Shown here: one piece after another, positions 30,202 to 39,038 of the stretch
Position numbering within the stretch: the stretch's first letter is position 1
Layout: each line of letters opens with the position of its first letter
Source: Spirochaetaceae bacterium
GTDB lineage: Bacteria; Spirochaetota; Spirochaetia; DSM-2461
Length of the DNA stretch: 64,000 bases
Assembly: GCA_965224705.1 (NCBI GenBank)
Contig: OZ245056.1
Location: 224,001 to 288,000, forward strand
Direction of reading: 5' to 3'
Translations under genes and position numbers: made by a program
Notes under the pieces: model-generated
What the model saw: only the letters and a program-made list of their open reading frames with translations
What the model was told of the DNA's origin: nothing
Databases searched by the model: none

Positions 30202-30367
30202 AGGGTCTCCTCTGGGGCATTTTAATTGATTTCCAAGTCAATGCCAATGGAGAAATCAATGCCTGCTCCAATTTGGTGAATTGTACCGTTAACTGTTCGC
30301 GATAAGAGGGGAAAAAGCCCCATGAAACTCATGTTACTACTCAAGAATCAAATGGGTCAGCATTGAA

Positions 30368-30460
30368 GTTTCTCCATCGCTTTCTAAAAGTCTCAAGATC
30401 ATTCCGAAGCCAGATACTTCTCACACCACCAGAAGAGATGAAAATACCCTTTTCCTTGCA
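30368..30460 (-). pseudogene. IS481-family transposase fragment
   Basis: Translates KEKGIFISSGGVRSIWLRNDLETFRKR. Confidence 0.7.
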
Positions 30461-30498
30461 ATAATCTCCTGGGAATTTACTCCAGAGTCAGTGTCGGA

Positions 30499-31581
30499 TT
30501 AAACATCCTTCAGAAAATCAGGATCAGCAATATCCTCGCTGGTAAAATCATCGAAATCCACATCCGAAATGCTTGCTAATTCATCAACAGGAATTCTATC
30601 TGAATTCCCTGAAGCATTTGGTGCGGCTGCACCTGCTGGTGCAGGGGGAGGATTTGTTCTTATCGGGTTGTTTTTGAATGGTTTAGTTTTTTTTTTGGCC
30701 GCACCTCTTGTGGCTTCATTTCCCGGCAGGTTGCCAGCGGTGCTGAATGCCTGAGGTTTGCGATTGCTTTCATTCCATTTTCGGACATAGATACCAGTGA
30801 GGAAGAGGTCAAAAAAGTGACCCAATCCAAGAAGTCCTCCGGTAAGCAGCCAGATGAGCCCACTCACCCGTCGGCCAAGGTAAAAGCGGTGTATCCCCAG
30901 AAGCCCCCAATGCAGGAAGCAGGCATATGCCGTAACATAGCTTTTTCGTCCTTCGCCGGATACTGCAATCGCTACAACCACGGGAAGAAGTATACCTGTG
31001 GGTATACTCAACATAATCCACGCAGCAAGAAGACTCCAAAACCGCTGACGTGTCCAGTTGAATGCGGATACCAGGCCTTCCCCTTTGATAATACCATACA
31101 ACTGAGTGAAGTCATGAAACCTCCCGGTAACAAATCCTTTCACATCACTGAAACCAATCAATACGAATTTGATTTTTGGTGCTTTTCCTCCCAATTCTTT
31201 GTAGAGTTTGTTGAAAAACCGCCTGTTAACTTTTGTTTCAGAGTCAAAATGCTTCCTGGCCAGAGCAATACCTGTATCATGGGGGTATTGTTTTACCAGA
31301 AGATAATGAGCTGCTGCATACAGTGCTGATACGAGTTCCGGATCATCAATCATTGTCTGATATTGAAAACTTTTCGCCGCACGAAACATTACCACTCCAT
31401 CAGCACAGCCCTGAGTCAAAGCTCGCTGGTAAAATGCCCAGGCAGCATTGTAATCCTGCTTCCAGAAGTAGTCATTCGCGCAGAGCGCATCCTTTTCCCA
31501 TGCCTCTTCTGAAAAAACACCGGGAACTGCGCAAAAGAACAGGATTAATAACAGAATACAACGTTTTCGCTTACTTTCCAT
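30499..31581 (-). CDS. TM2-domain membrane protein with signal peptide and helical N-terminal part
   Basis: KSYVTAY...GLLGIHRFYLGRRVSGLIWLLTGGLLGLG..FDL. Confidence 0.8.
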   Translation of the reverse strand: MESKRKRCILLLILFFCAVPGVFSEEAWEKDALCANDYFWKQDYNAAWAFYQRALTQGCADGVVMFRAAKSFQYQTMIDDPELVSALYAAAHYLLVKQYPHDTGIALARKHFDSETKVNRRFFNKLYKELGGKAPKIKFVLIGFSDVKGFVTGRFHDFTQLYGIIKGEGLVSAFNWTRQRFWSLLAAWIMLSIPTGILLPVVVAIAVSGEGRKSYVTAYACFLHWGLLGIHRFYLGRRVSGLIWLLTGGLLGLGHFFDLFLTGIYVRKWNESNRKPQAFSTAGNLPGNEATRGAAKKKTKPFKNNPIRTNPPPAPAGAAAPNASGNSDRIPVDELASISDVDFDDFTSEDIADPDFLKDV

Positions 31582-31662
31582 AATAGTATTATTACCAGTA
31601 TACTCTTATCCTACACTTTTGTATTCGTCTGCACAAGGTAATAACTTAACCTGGAGATTTTT

Positions 31663-33417
31663 ATGATCAGAATACTATCCAAAGGCACGCTTGCATCAAT
31701 AAAGACCTCCCAGAACCATGTTTCTACACAGATTCGATTTGGGGGAGGAATCAAACAGTGTGATTTTTTTGCTGGAGTAGTGGAAATCCAGACTAAATGG
31801 GATGATACACAGTTGACAGCCGAACTGATCTCTTCAGAGAGCATCTTCGTAGAATCCTTTACACTGTCCTTCAAGTATAAATCGCCAAAAACATCTTCTG
31901 ATACATCTATCTGGTCAGAATCATTCAGCGATGATGTGCTGTCAGAGAGAGTCAATGGGATCCCCGGAGTTGAAACCAGTCGAAGAAATCGCCATGGTGC
32001 CTGGGCAATGTGGATCGGCGAAGCACCGGATGCAGAGGGAATGCTTCTGAGCCAGGATTCACCGGCCTATAATCATCCGTTAAGTTTTGAGTGTAAACCT
32101 CTTCGTCATCGCATCAATGTTACATGGTCGATAAACAGTCAACTCTCCAGGAAGCAGAAAATCCTGCTGTCCAGAGTTGTTGTCAGTCAGGGCAGGAGAA
32201 TTCAGACTGTTGATTACTGGCAGAAACAATGGCTGATGACCAGAGGTGAAAAAAAAAACAATGTCCGTTTGACAAAGGGATGGATAGGGGAGAGCAGTAT
32301 TTCCTCTCCTGACGATATTCTGGAAAGCTTGAAATTCTTAAAAAAAGAAAAAATCAAACTGGACTGGTTTGCCATTGATTCTGGTTTTGCAGGAAATTCT
32401 GATGACTGGATGAAACCAACCGATCAATACCAGAAAAAAATGAATACGACTGCCCGTTATATCAGTGATGCACAGCTTGTTCCAGGAATTCGTTTCTCCC
32501 CATTCCTGGTATCCCGGAATTCGAAAATTGCAGAGGAACACAAGGGCTGGCTGGTACACACTGAAAAAGGGTCGCCTGTCATAAAAAAGAACTGTATGGG
32601 TAATAAAGCATGCTGCATTTTGGACGCAACAAATCCCAAAGTCAAAGATCATATTTTGAACACACTCACTGTAATGAAGAATCAATGGGGATTTCATGCT
32701 TTCGTGCTTGACAACATCACTGACCTGGCTATTCCCGGTAAGCGAACAAATAATACTCTCAGCCCTGGAAGACTTATTTCGGGAATAGTAAAACTCATAA
32801 GGAAAACTGTTGGGAATAACGTTCTTCTGGTTGGCATGAAATCTCCACTACTTTCTGCCACAGGTATGTGGGATATTCAAACCATTGCCAATGAGATAAA
32901 ACTGTCTCTTCCCGAAAAAGCCCTGATCAATATCGCTTCATCAATGATCCACCGAGCAAGATGGAATAAAGGTGCATGGCTCAATGCATCGGGGCCGATT
33001 TCCATTGAACTGTTCGGCAGCACTGACCGCTGCTCCATAAATATGTTGAGGGATGCCATACCTTTATCCGCCGGATCTGTGCTTCTCAGTGGAGATCCCA
33101 GGGCCCTGGATAAGAGCGCCAGCAGCAATATTAAAAGTTTTATGACAATGTTTGAAGAATGCCAAAATGGAAATATCATGATCGGGAACCAGTCAGGAGG
33201 AGGGAGAAAAAAGGTACTGGTTGTGAGAAATAACCGTGGTTGGCTTGCTCTGTTCAATTTTTCTCCTGATAGAACCACTGTCTGCCTGAGCCGTAATACA
33301 CTCCGGAAAGAACTCGGTATCATTTCTCCACTCTCCGCTGAGGACAGAACACTTCTTGACAGTCAGGAAATTCATCTTGCCTTACCTCCCTGGGGACACC
33401 GATTGTTGAAGGGATGA
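31663..33417 (+). CDS. Divergent GH36 (alpha-galactosidase)-like protein
   Basis: WFAIDSGF (cf. IDDGW), PGIRFSPF, LDATNP.V, WG. Confidence 0.6.
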   Translation: MIRILSKGTLASIKTSQNHVSTQIRFGGGIKQCDFFAGVVEIQTKWDDTQLTAELISSESIFVESFTLSFKYKSPKTSSDTSIWSESFSDDVLSERVNGIPGVETSRRNRHGAWAMWIGEAPDAEGMLLSQDSPAYNHPLSFECKPLRHRINVTWSINSQLSRKQKILLSRVVVSQGRRIQTVDYWQKQWLMTRGEKKNNVRLTKGWIGESSISSPDDILESLKFLKKEKIKLDWFAIDSGFAGNSDDWMKPTDQYQKKMNTTARYISDAQLVPGIRFSPFLVSRNSKIAEEHKGWLVHTEKGSPVIKKNCMGNKACCILDATNPKVKDHILNTLTVMKNQWGFHAFVLDNITDLAIPGKRTNNTLSPGRLISGIVKLIRKTVGNNVLLVGMKSPLLSATGMWDIQTIANEIKLSLPEKALINIASSMIHRARWNKGAWLNASGPISIELFGSTDRCSINMLRDAIPLSAGSVLLSGDPRALDKSASSNIKSFMTMFEECQNGNIMIGNQSGGGRKKVLVVRNNRGWLALFNFSPDRTTVCLSRNTLRKELGIISPLSAEDRTLLDSQEIHLALPPWGHRLLKG

Positions 33418-34370
33418 GATTTTCCGGTCTTGATGAAGCGGCTCTTGGGCCGCGTCTTGGACCATTCTGTGCAGGACAGATTGAGTTTACTGGAGAGAAG
33501 GATTGTTCCCTGTTAACGGATCTCTACAATTCCCTGAAAGACTCCATTGTTTCCGAAAATGATGGCAGTTGCAGGATTGTAGTCAACGATAGTAAAAAGA
33601 TGTACAACCGAGGACGGGGAATTCGGAACCTGGAGCATGGTGTTGGTGTATTTCTTGAACTGGCCGGGATTGACTTTCCAAAGAATCTTCATGACCTGGT
33701 TTCCACTCTCTGTCCCCCTGAAGATTGTAAGAAGATGAGCAGCAGTCCATGGTTTGAGGATTGCAGTCACCTGTTCCTTCCTCTGTCAAATATCGATGCA
33801 GGCCAGATCAAACGGGATTCAATGATGGTTGAGCAGAATATGAAGTCTGTGAATATCAGATTTCTGCGGCCCAGGCTTCGCTTTGTTACGGCAAAATCCT
33901 TCAATGAACTCATCGTGTCGCATCAGGGGAAATCTCATGCTGTGCGTTCAGTCCTCCACCGTCTCCTTTCCCATGATGCGAATCTCCATGACCCAGCACC
34001 AGGCCGGTTAACCATAGACAGACAGGGTGGCCGCCGGTATTACAGGGATTGGTTAACTGATCTTTTCACGAGTACACCAATAAGGGCTATCGAAGAAGGT
34101 TCCATACGATCATCTTACACGGTAGGAAACCTGCACATTGATTTTCTTGTCTCTGCCGACAGTAAACGGTTGGAAACGGCCATAGCCTCCATATTCGCCA
34201 AGTATCTAAGAGAGGCTGCCATGTTCATCTTTAACCACTGGTGGAGTGAAAGAGTTATTGGTATCCGTCCCACAGCCGGTTATCCGCAGGATGCAGATCG
34301 ATTCATTCAAAATCTTGAAGAAGCTGGTCAATTACCCAGGAACAAGGACTTACTCATCCGCCGATTGTGA
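33414..34370 (+). CDS. Ribonuclease HII-like protein
   Basis: GLDEAALGPRLGP, DSKK, DRQGGR, AD...AIASIFAKYLRE, GYP. Confidence 0.75.
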   Translation: MRFSGLDEAALGPRLGPFCAGQIEFTGEKDCSLLTDLYNSLKDSIVSENDGSCRIVVNDSKKMYNRGRGIRNLEHGVGVFLELAGIDFPKNLHDLVSTLCPPEDCKKMSSSPWFEDCSHLFLPLSNIDAGQIKRDSMMVEQNMKSVNIRFLRPRLRFVTAKSFNELIVSHQGKSHAVRSVLHRLLSHDANLHDPAPGRLTIDRQGGRRYYRDWLTDLFTSTPIRAIEEGSIRSSYTVGNLHIDFLVSADSKRLETAIASIFAKYLREAAMFIFNHWWSERVIGIRPTAGYPQDADRFIQNLEEAGQLPRNKDLLIRRL

Positions 34371-34506
34371 TAATAGAGCTTTTTCTCTCAACTGAATACC
34401 CGGTGTCAGAAAGCTTGTTATACCCTGGGAGTCTGTCGGGTTTTAAGGATCGAGGCGATTTTGAAGATTTCTTCCTGATGCAAGACAACCAGCTCATGCA
34501 ATGGGG

Positions 34507-36591
34507 TCATACTCGTTCCAGTCTCACCGCACCTGTCTTGTAGGAGGGTTCCCGGGAAAATTCGTCAAAGTCGTCGGCAACAAGATTGTTTGTTCCCAAA
34601 AAATGCATGGGGCTAAAAATATAGCCCTTGCTGACGGTATCGGTGATTTTCACTCTGGCCAGGTGTTCTCCCTGTCTTGATACAACGCGGACTTCCATAT
34701 CGTCCGTCAGATCGTAGAGACCGGCATCATGAGCATTGACTTCAATATAGGATCTGTCTGGATAAACTTCTCTGAGTCGTTTTGATCGTCCGGTCCGGGT
34801 CATCGTTTGGAATTGTACCTGGGAACCGCGACCGGTCAGCAAGTAGAGTGGATACTCATTATCCGGTTCCTGCTTTGGCCTGGTCCATTCAGCAAACAGG
34901 AATTTCGCTTTGCCATCGGCTGTGTAGAACTTGCCGTCTTCAAAAAGACGCCGCTGGTTCTGACCCAGTGGGGTTCCTTTGGGAAATGGCCATTGGATAC
35001 CGTCATGTTCCATCAGAAATTGCCGGTTTTCGATGCCGCTGATATCGCAGGGCATTCCGACACTCATCGTTTTAATCAAGTCAAAAGCGTTTTCCGGTGT
35101 TTTCCATTTTGCCAGAACGGACGAATCGACACCCCAGTGTTCCGCGATTTTCTGAAAGATCTGATAATCGGCAAGTGCCAAACCGGGGGCTTTTTTGACT
35201 GCGGGACTATAGCCCAGCCTCCGCTCTGAATTGATTAGAAAGCCTTCTTTTTCCCCTATACCGGCTGCCGGAAGAAATATATCGGCCCTTTTCGCTGTCA
35301 CTGTATCAGGATAGAGATCCTGTACAACGAACAAGTCCAGTTTGGAAATCAAACTGTTGATTCTGTTGGAATTGATCCATGAATGCAATGGGTTCGTACA
35401 AACAATCCACAATGCCTTGACTTCCCCACTTTCAACCCGGTCGATAATCCTGTCATAAGGTTTTGATGGGGAATCGGGGATCATATCATCACTTATACCA
35501 AGAATTGCGGATACCTGCTTTCGGTGCTCAGGATTGGCATAGTCTCTTCCCCCATAGAGGCAGGTGGTGTTGCTGTACAGCCGCGATCCCATGGCGTTCG
35601 TTTGTCCTGTAAGTGAATTCGGACCCGTCCCCGCCCTGCCGATATTGCCGGTCATCATTGTCAGGTTGATAATTGCCTGTATGGTTCTGGTACCTTGATG
35701 GCTTTGATTGACCCCCAGACACCACCAGAAACTGATCTTTTTGCGGGTTTCAAATATTTTTACCAGGCGGTCAAAACTTTCAATATCTATTCCGGTTTTT
35801 TCTTCAATGTCCTGTCGTTTGAAATCCTTGACAAAATCCCTGAATTGTTCAAATCCAGTGCTGTGTTCCGCAATGAATTTCCTGTCAATTGCCTTGCCGC
35901 TCTGGATCAATGCGTTTGCCAGGGTATAAAGCAGTATCAGATCGCGCTTTGGTTTTACAGGCAGATAGAGAGTCGCTTTTTCCGTGACAGGATTTTTTCG
36001 CGGATCAATGACAACAAGATCATGATCATTTTTATTATTTTTATACCGTTCCCAGACTATAGGATGAGACACAGGGGTGTTGGAACCGATGAGAATAACG
36101 CAATCGGATTCCTCAATGTCCTGATAGCTAAGCGGAGGCGCGTCAAAGCCGAATGCCTGCTTGTATCCGACCACAGCACTGGCCATGCACTGTCTGGTGT
36201 TGCCATCGCCATCTATGCCCATAATCCCCCTCAACAGTCCTAAGAGGGCGCACTCTTCTGTGAATAACTGACCTGTGCTGATAAAAGCCACGGATTTTTT
36301 GCCGTACTTATTCTGGATTTCCTTAATACTGCGGCACATCCGGTCAAGAGCCCCATCCCAGCCGGTCTCTTTCATCGTTCCATCGGACTGCCGCACAAGC
36401 GGTGTCAATCCCCGATCTTCGGCATTGATGGGGTCCATTATTTTGAAGCCTTTTGGGCAGAGCTTGCCCCGGTTGACCGCATAGGTTGGATTTCCCGAAA
36501 CCCTTACGACACTACCATCGTCCCCAACCACAAATTGCAAGCTGCATCCAACACCACAATAGTTACACATTCCTTTTACAGTGTTTGCCAT
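34507..36591 (-). CDS. Molybdopterin oxidoreductase, assimilatory nitrate reductase (NasA/NarB)-like
   Basis: CNYCGVGC, LCPKG, STGQLFTEE, NTRQCMASAV, LTGQTNAMGSR, NSERR, SREPSYK. Confidence 0.88.
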   Translation of the reverse strand: MANTVKGMCNYCGVGCSLQFVVGDDGSVVRVSGNPTYAVNRGKLCPKGFKIMDPINAEDRGLTPLVRQSDGTMKETGWDGALDRMCRSIKEIQNKYGKKSVAFISTGQLFTEECALLGLLRGIMGIDGDGNTRQCMASAVVGYKQAFGFDAPPLSYQDIEESDCVILIGSNTPVSHPIVWERYKNNKNDHDLVVIDPRKNPVTEKATLYLPVKPKRDLILLYTLANALIQSGKAIDRKFIAEHSTGFEQFRDFVKDFKRQDIEEKTGIDIESFDRLVKIFETRKKISFWWCLGVNQSHQGTRTIQAIINLTMMTGNIGRAGTGPNSLTGQTNAMGSRLYSNTTCLYGGRDYANPEHRKQVSAILGISDDMIPDSPSKPYDRIIDRVESGEVKALWIVCTNPLHSWINSNRINSLISKLDLFVVQDLYPDTVTAKRADIFLPAAGIGEKEGFLINSERRLGYSPAVKKAPGLALADYQIFQKIAEHWGVDSSVLAKWKTPENAFDLIKTMSVGMPCDISGIENRQFLMEHDGIQWPFPKGTPLGQNQRRLFEDGKFYTADGKAKFLFAEWTRPKQEPDNEYPLYLLTGRGSQVQFQTMTRTGRSKRLREVYPDRSYIEVNAHDAGLYDLTDDMEVRVVSRQGEHLARVKITDTVSKGYIFSPMHFLGTNNLVADDFDEFSREPSYKTGAVRLERV

Positions 36592-36719
36592 GTCAATTCT
36601 CCTTATACCTTAATCTTGACAAAAATGTTACAGCAAGAAAACTATAGTTGCAGTATCACGAAAATAAGATAATGTCAATTATTGTGGATGAAAAAAGTGC
36701 GAAATTCTTCAATTTATGC

Positions 36720-37501
36720 AACTTCTTCAAAGGCACTTACCTCGCAAGTCCCAGAACATTCTACCGCGTGTTGAAGCAGCGGGGACTCCTTTCTCACAGG
36801 CGAAGCTCAAAGCCGCCGAGAAAGTCCTGCAGACCGCCGGAAAGCGACCGGCCCGGATCAAGTGTATTCCTGTACATGGATGCCCTCTAATGGTCTATTC
36901 TGGTATGCCTATGCTGTCATTGACGTTTGGAGCCGTGAGATTGTTGGCTGGACCATCCATGATTCTGAGTCGGAAAAATATGCCAGGGAGTTATTCCTTA
37001 GAATTAAAACGAAACGAGATCTCAAGGGAACCTGGCTCCATGCGGATAATGGGAATCCCATGCGGGGAGCGGCCTTTGCTGTTACTCTGGCCAACATGGG
37101 TATGTTCCTTTCGCACTCCCGGCCCCTGGTGAAGAATGACAATCCATTTATGAGTCATTCTTCAGGACTCTCAAATACCATGCTGGTTATCCGCGGCGCT
37201 TTGCCACTATTGATGAGGCCAGGAGTTGGACGGCAGATTTCATCAACTGGTATAACACTATTCATAGGCATTCGGGAATCGGTTATGTCACACCACTACA
37301 GCGGCGAACAGGTGTATCATCCAATCTATTCGCCAGAAGGAACCGGACACTTCAGGAGGCATGGAAGAAGCACCCTGAACGTTTTCCGAAAAGGGGTCCT
37401 CGGATGTGGAGGGAGCGTATGGTTGTCTACCTGAATCCTTCACGGGAAACCAGAAAGTTTTTATATAAAAAAGCAGGATGATTGTGACAACTTGCTTGAC
37501 A
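36720..37501 (+). mobile_element. IS3-family remnant (frameshifted OrfB) with right end
   Basis: YLASPRTFYRVL, VIDVWSREIVGW, HADNG, SRPLVKNDNP, WYN..HRHSGI; ends gtgacaacttgcttgaca. Confidence 0.85.
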
Positions 37502-37505
37502 CTAA

Positions 37506-37745
37506 GCGTTGATGAGGTCCATTATTTTGAAGCCTTTTGGGCAGAGCTTGCCCCGGTTGACCGCATAGGTTGGATTTCCCGAAACCCTTACGACACTACC
37601 ATCGTCCCCAACCACAAATTGCAAGCTGCATTTAACACCACAATAGTTGCACATTCCTTTTACAGTGTTTGCCATGTCAATTCTCCTTATACCTTTTCTT
37701 GGCAAAAATGTTACAGCAAAAAAACTATAGTTGCAGTATCACGAA
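37506..37745 (-). pseudogene. Duplicated upstream region and first ~57 codons of the nitrate reductase gene
   Basis: Near-identical to 36422-36662; CGVGC changed to CGVKC; truncated at the IS3 end. Confidence 0.9.
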
Positions 37746-37899
37746 TATGAATTAGAAATTCGCACCTATGGGAACGCCTTCCCCCACCATTAAACCGCAG
37801 ATTTTTCCCTTAAGTGACTTTTTCAGGCACCGCATATAGCGGGCCAAAGATCTGCCTGTGCGTATCCACACGCAGACAGGCGAGTTCCGACTTGAGCTT

Positions 37900-38601
37900 C
37901 TATTTCAATTCCCTCAGCCTCTCTTCATAGCATTCGACAAGCCATTGCTGATCCTTCTCCTTCCCAATCGCATCGCAAACGCGTTCAATGCAGCGGCGGT
38001 ACTCGTGCATGGAATCGATATGGTCCAACCGGGCGGGGGTTCTCAAGTTCTTCTCCACCATGCCCCTCAATTCCTCCAATGTGCCGTTTATTCTTCGCAG
38101 GAGAGACTCGGAGATGCCGTATCGGTTCTTCTTTAAGCCGGAAACAGCGTCCGAAATTTCTCTTAAGCAATCGGGCAGGATGGTGTGTTGTTCCGTTATC
38201 AGGCAGACTTTCAGGTTGAGCAGGTTGTACTGTATTCCGCCGACAATTTCATCAAAACGGCTGTTAATCAGCAAATTCTCCTTGATTCTATCATATTTTT
38301 TCAGCTTGGTTTCAATGGATTGGAAAATTACTGCGGCTATCCAAATAACAACAATACCGAGCAGAGAGAAAAGAAAAGTCAGGGTATTGGCATTGATCAG
38401 GTTGTAGCCCAGTTCTTTGATCTTCCCCATCGGATCTTGAATTACCAGTGTGTCCGCTGCTTCATGGACATTGGATTGGATTTTATCCAGGATCGTGTTG
38501 AATCGGACAGCCGTGCAAATGTAAAGGAGAAAAGCTGTTATAAAGGTGATCAATAGCAAGCTGGCGATCCCAACAAGGATGCCCTTGCGCGTCTTCTTCA
38601 T
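37900..38601 (-). CDS. Hypothetical protein with two transmembrane helices
   Basis: 233 aa ORF overlapping the response regulator stop. Confidence 0.7.
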   Translation of the reverse strand: MKKTRKGILVGIASLLLITFITAFLLYICTAVRFNTILDKIQSNVHEAADTLVIQDPMGKIKELGYNLINANTLTFLFSLLGIVVIWIAAVIFQSIETKLKKYDRIKENLLINSRFDEIVGGIQYNLLNLKVCLITEQHTILPDCLREISDAVSGLKKNRYGISESLLRRINGTLEELRGMVEKNLRTPARLDHIDSMHEYRRCIERVCDAIGKEKDQQWLVECYEERLRELK

Positions 38602-39038
38602 TTGTCTTCTTTATCCATGTTTTGCAGGAAATCCAGCAACCTGGGAAATGGATCGTCGTCTTTTCCCTGTTTTTCCATCAGCTCAATGCCGGGGAATTGC
38701 TCCATCACCTCTCCATGTTTCTCTTTGAGCTGTTCTATGTATGCGGAAAAAATTATTGTTTTTTCTGTGAATTCGGGGTTGTTTTCCAATGCCTTCCGCA
38801 ACCAGTCCCAGCCGGCCAGGATATGCGTGTCAGGATCGTCTGATTCAAGGGATCTGCCGCAGGGGAGGTTGAGATCGACAATTAAATAGCCGATCTTATC
38901 TTTTTCGTATGTCAAAAAATAATTCGCATCCTCAACATCCATGGCGTTAATAACCTCATAGCCATTTTTTTTCAGATATTCGCGAAGATAGTAGGCCAAC
39001 TCGCCTCTGTCTTCCACATGCAGTACTGCTTTTCTCAT
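38598..39038 (-). CDS. Single-domain response regulator
   Basis: VLHVED, LIVDLNLP, IIFSAY, EK. Confidence 0.85.
   Translation of the reverse strand: MRKAVLHVEDRGELAYYLREYLKKNGYEVINAMDVEDANYFLTYEKDKIGYLIVDLNLPCGRSLESDDPDTHILAGWDWLRKALENNPEFTEKTIIFSAYIEQLKEKHGEVMEQFPGIELMEKQGKDDDPFPRLLDFLQNMDKEDK

Noticed and set aside
36673..36690. TGTCAA as IS3 left end or nitrate reductase -35
   Set aside because: Only a 6-bp match to the right end and poor -10 spacing; cannot be supported
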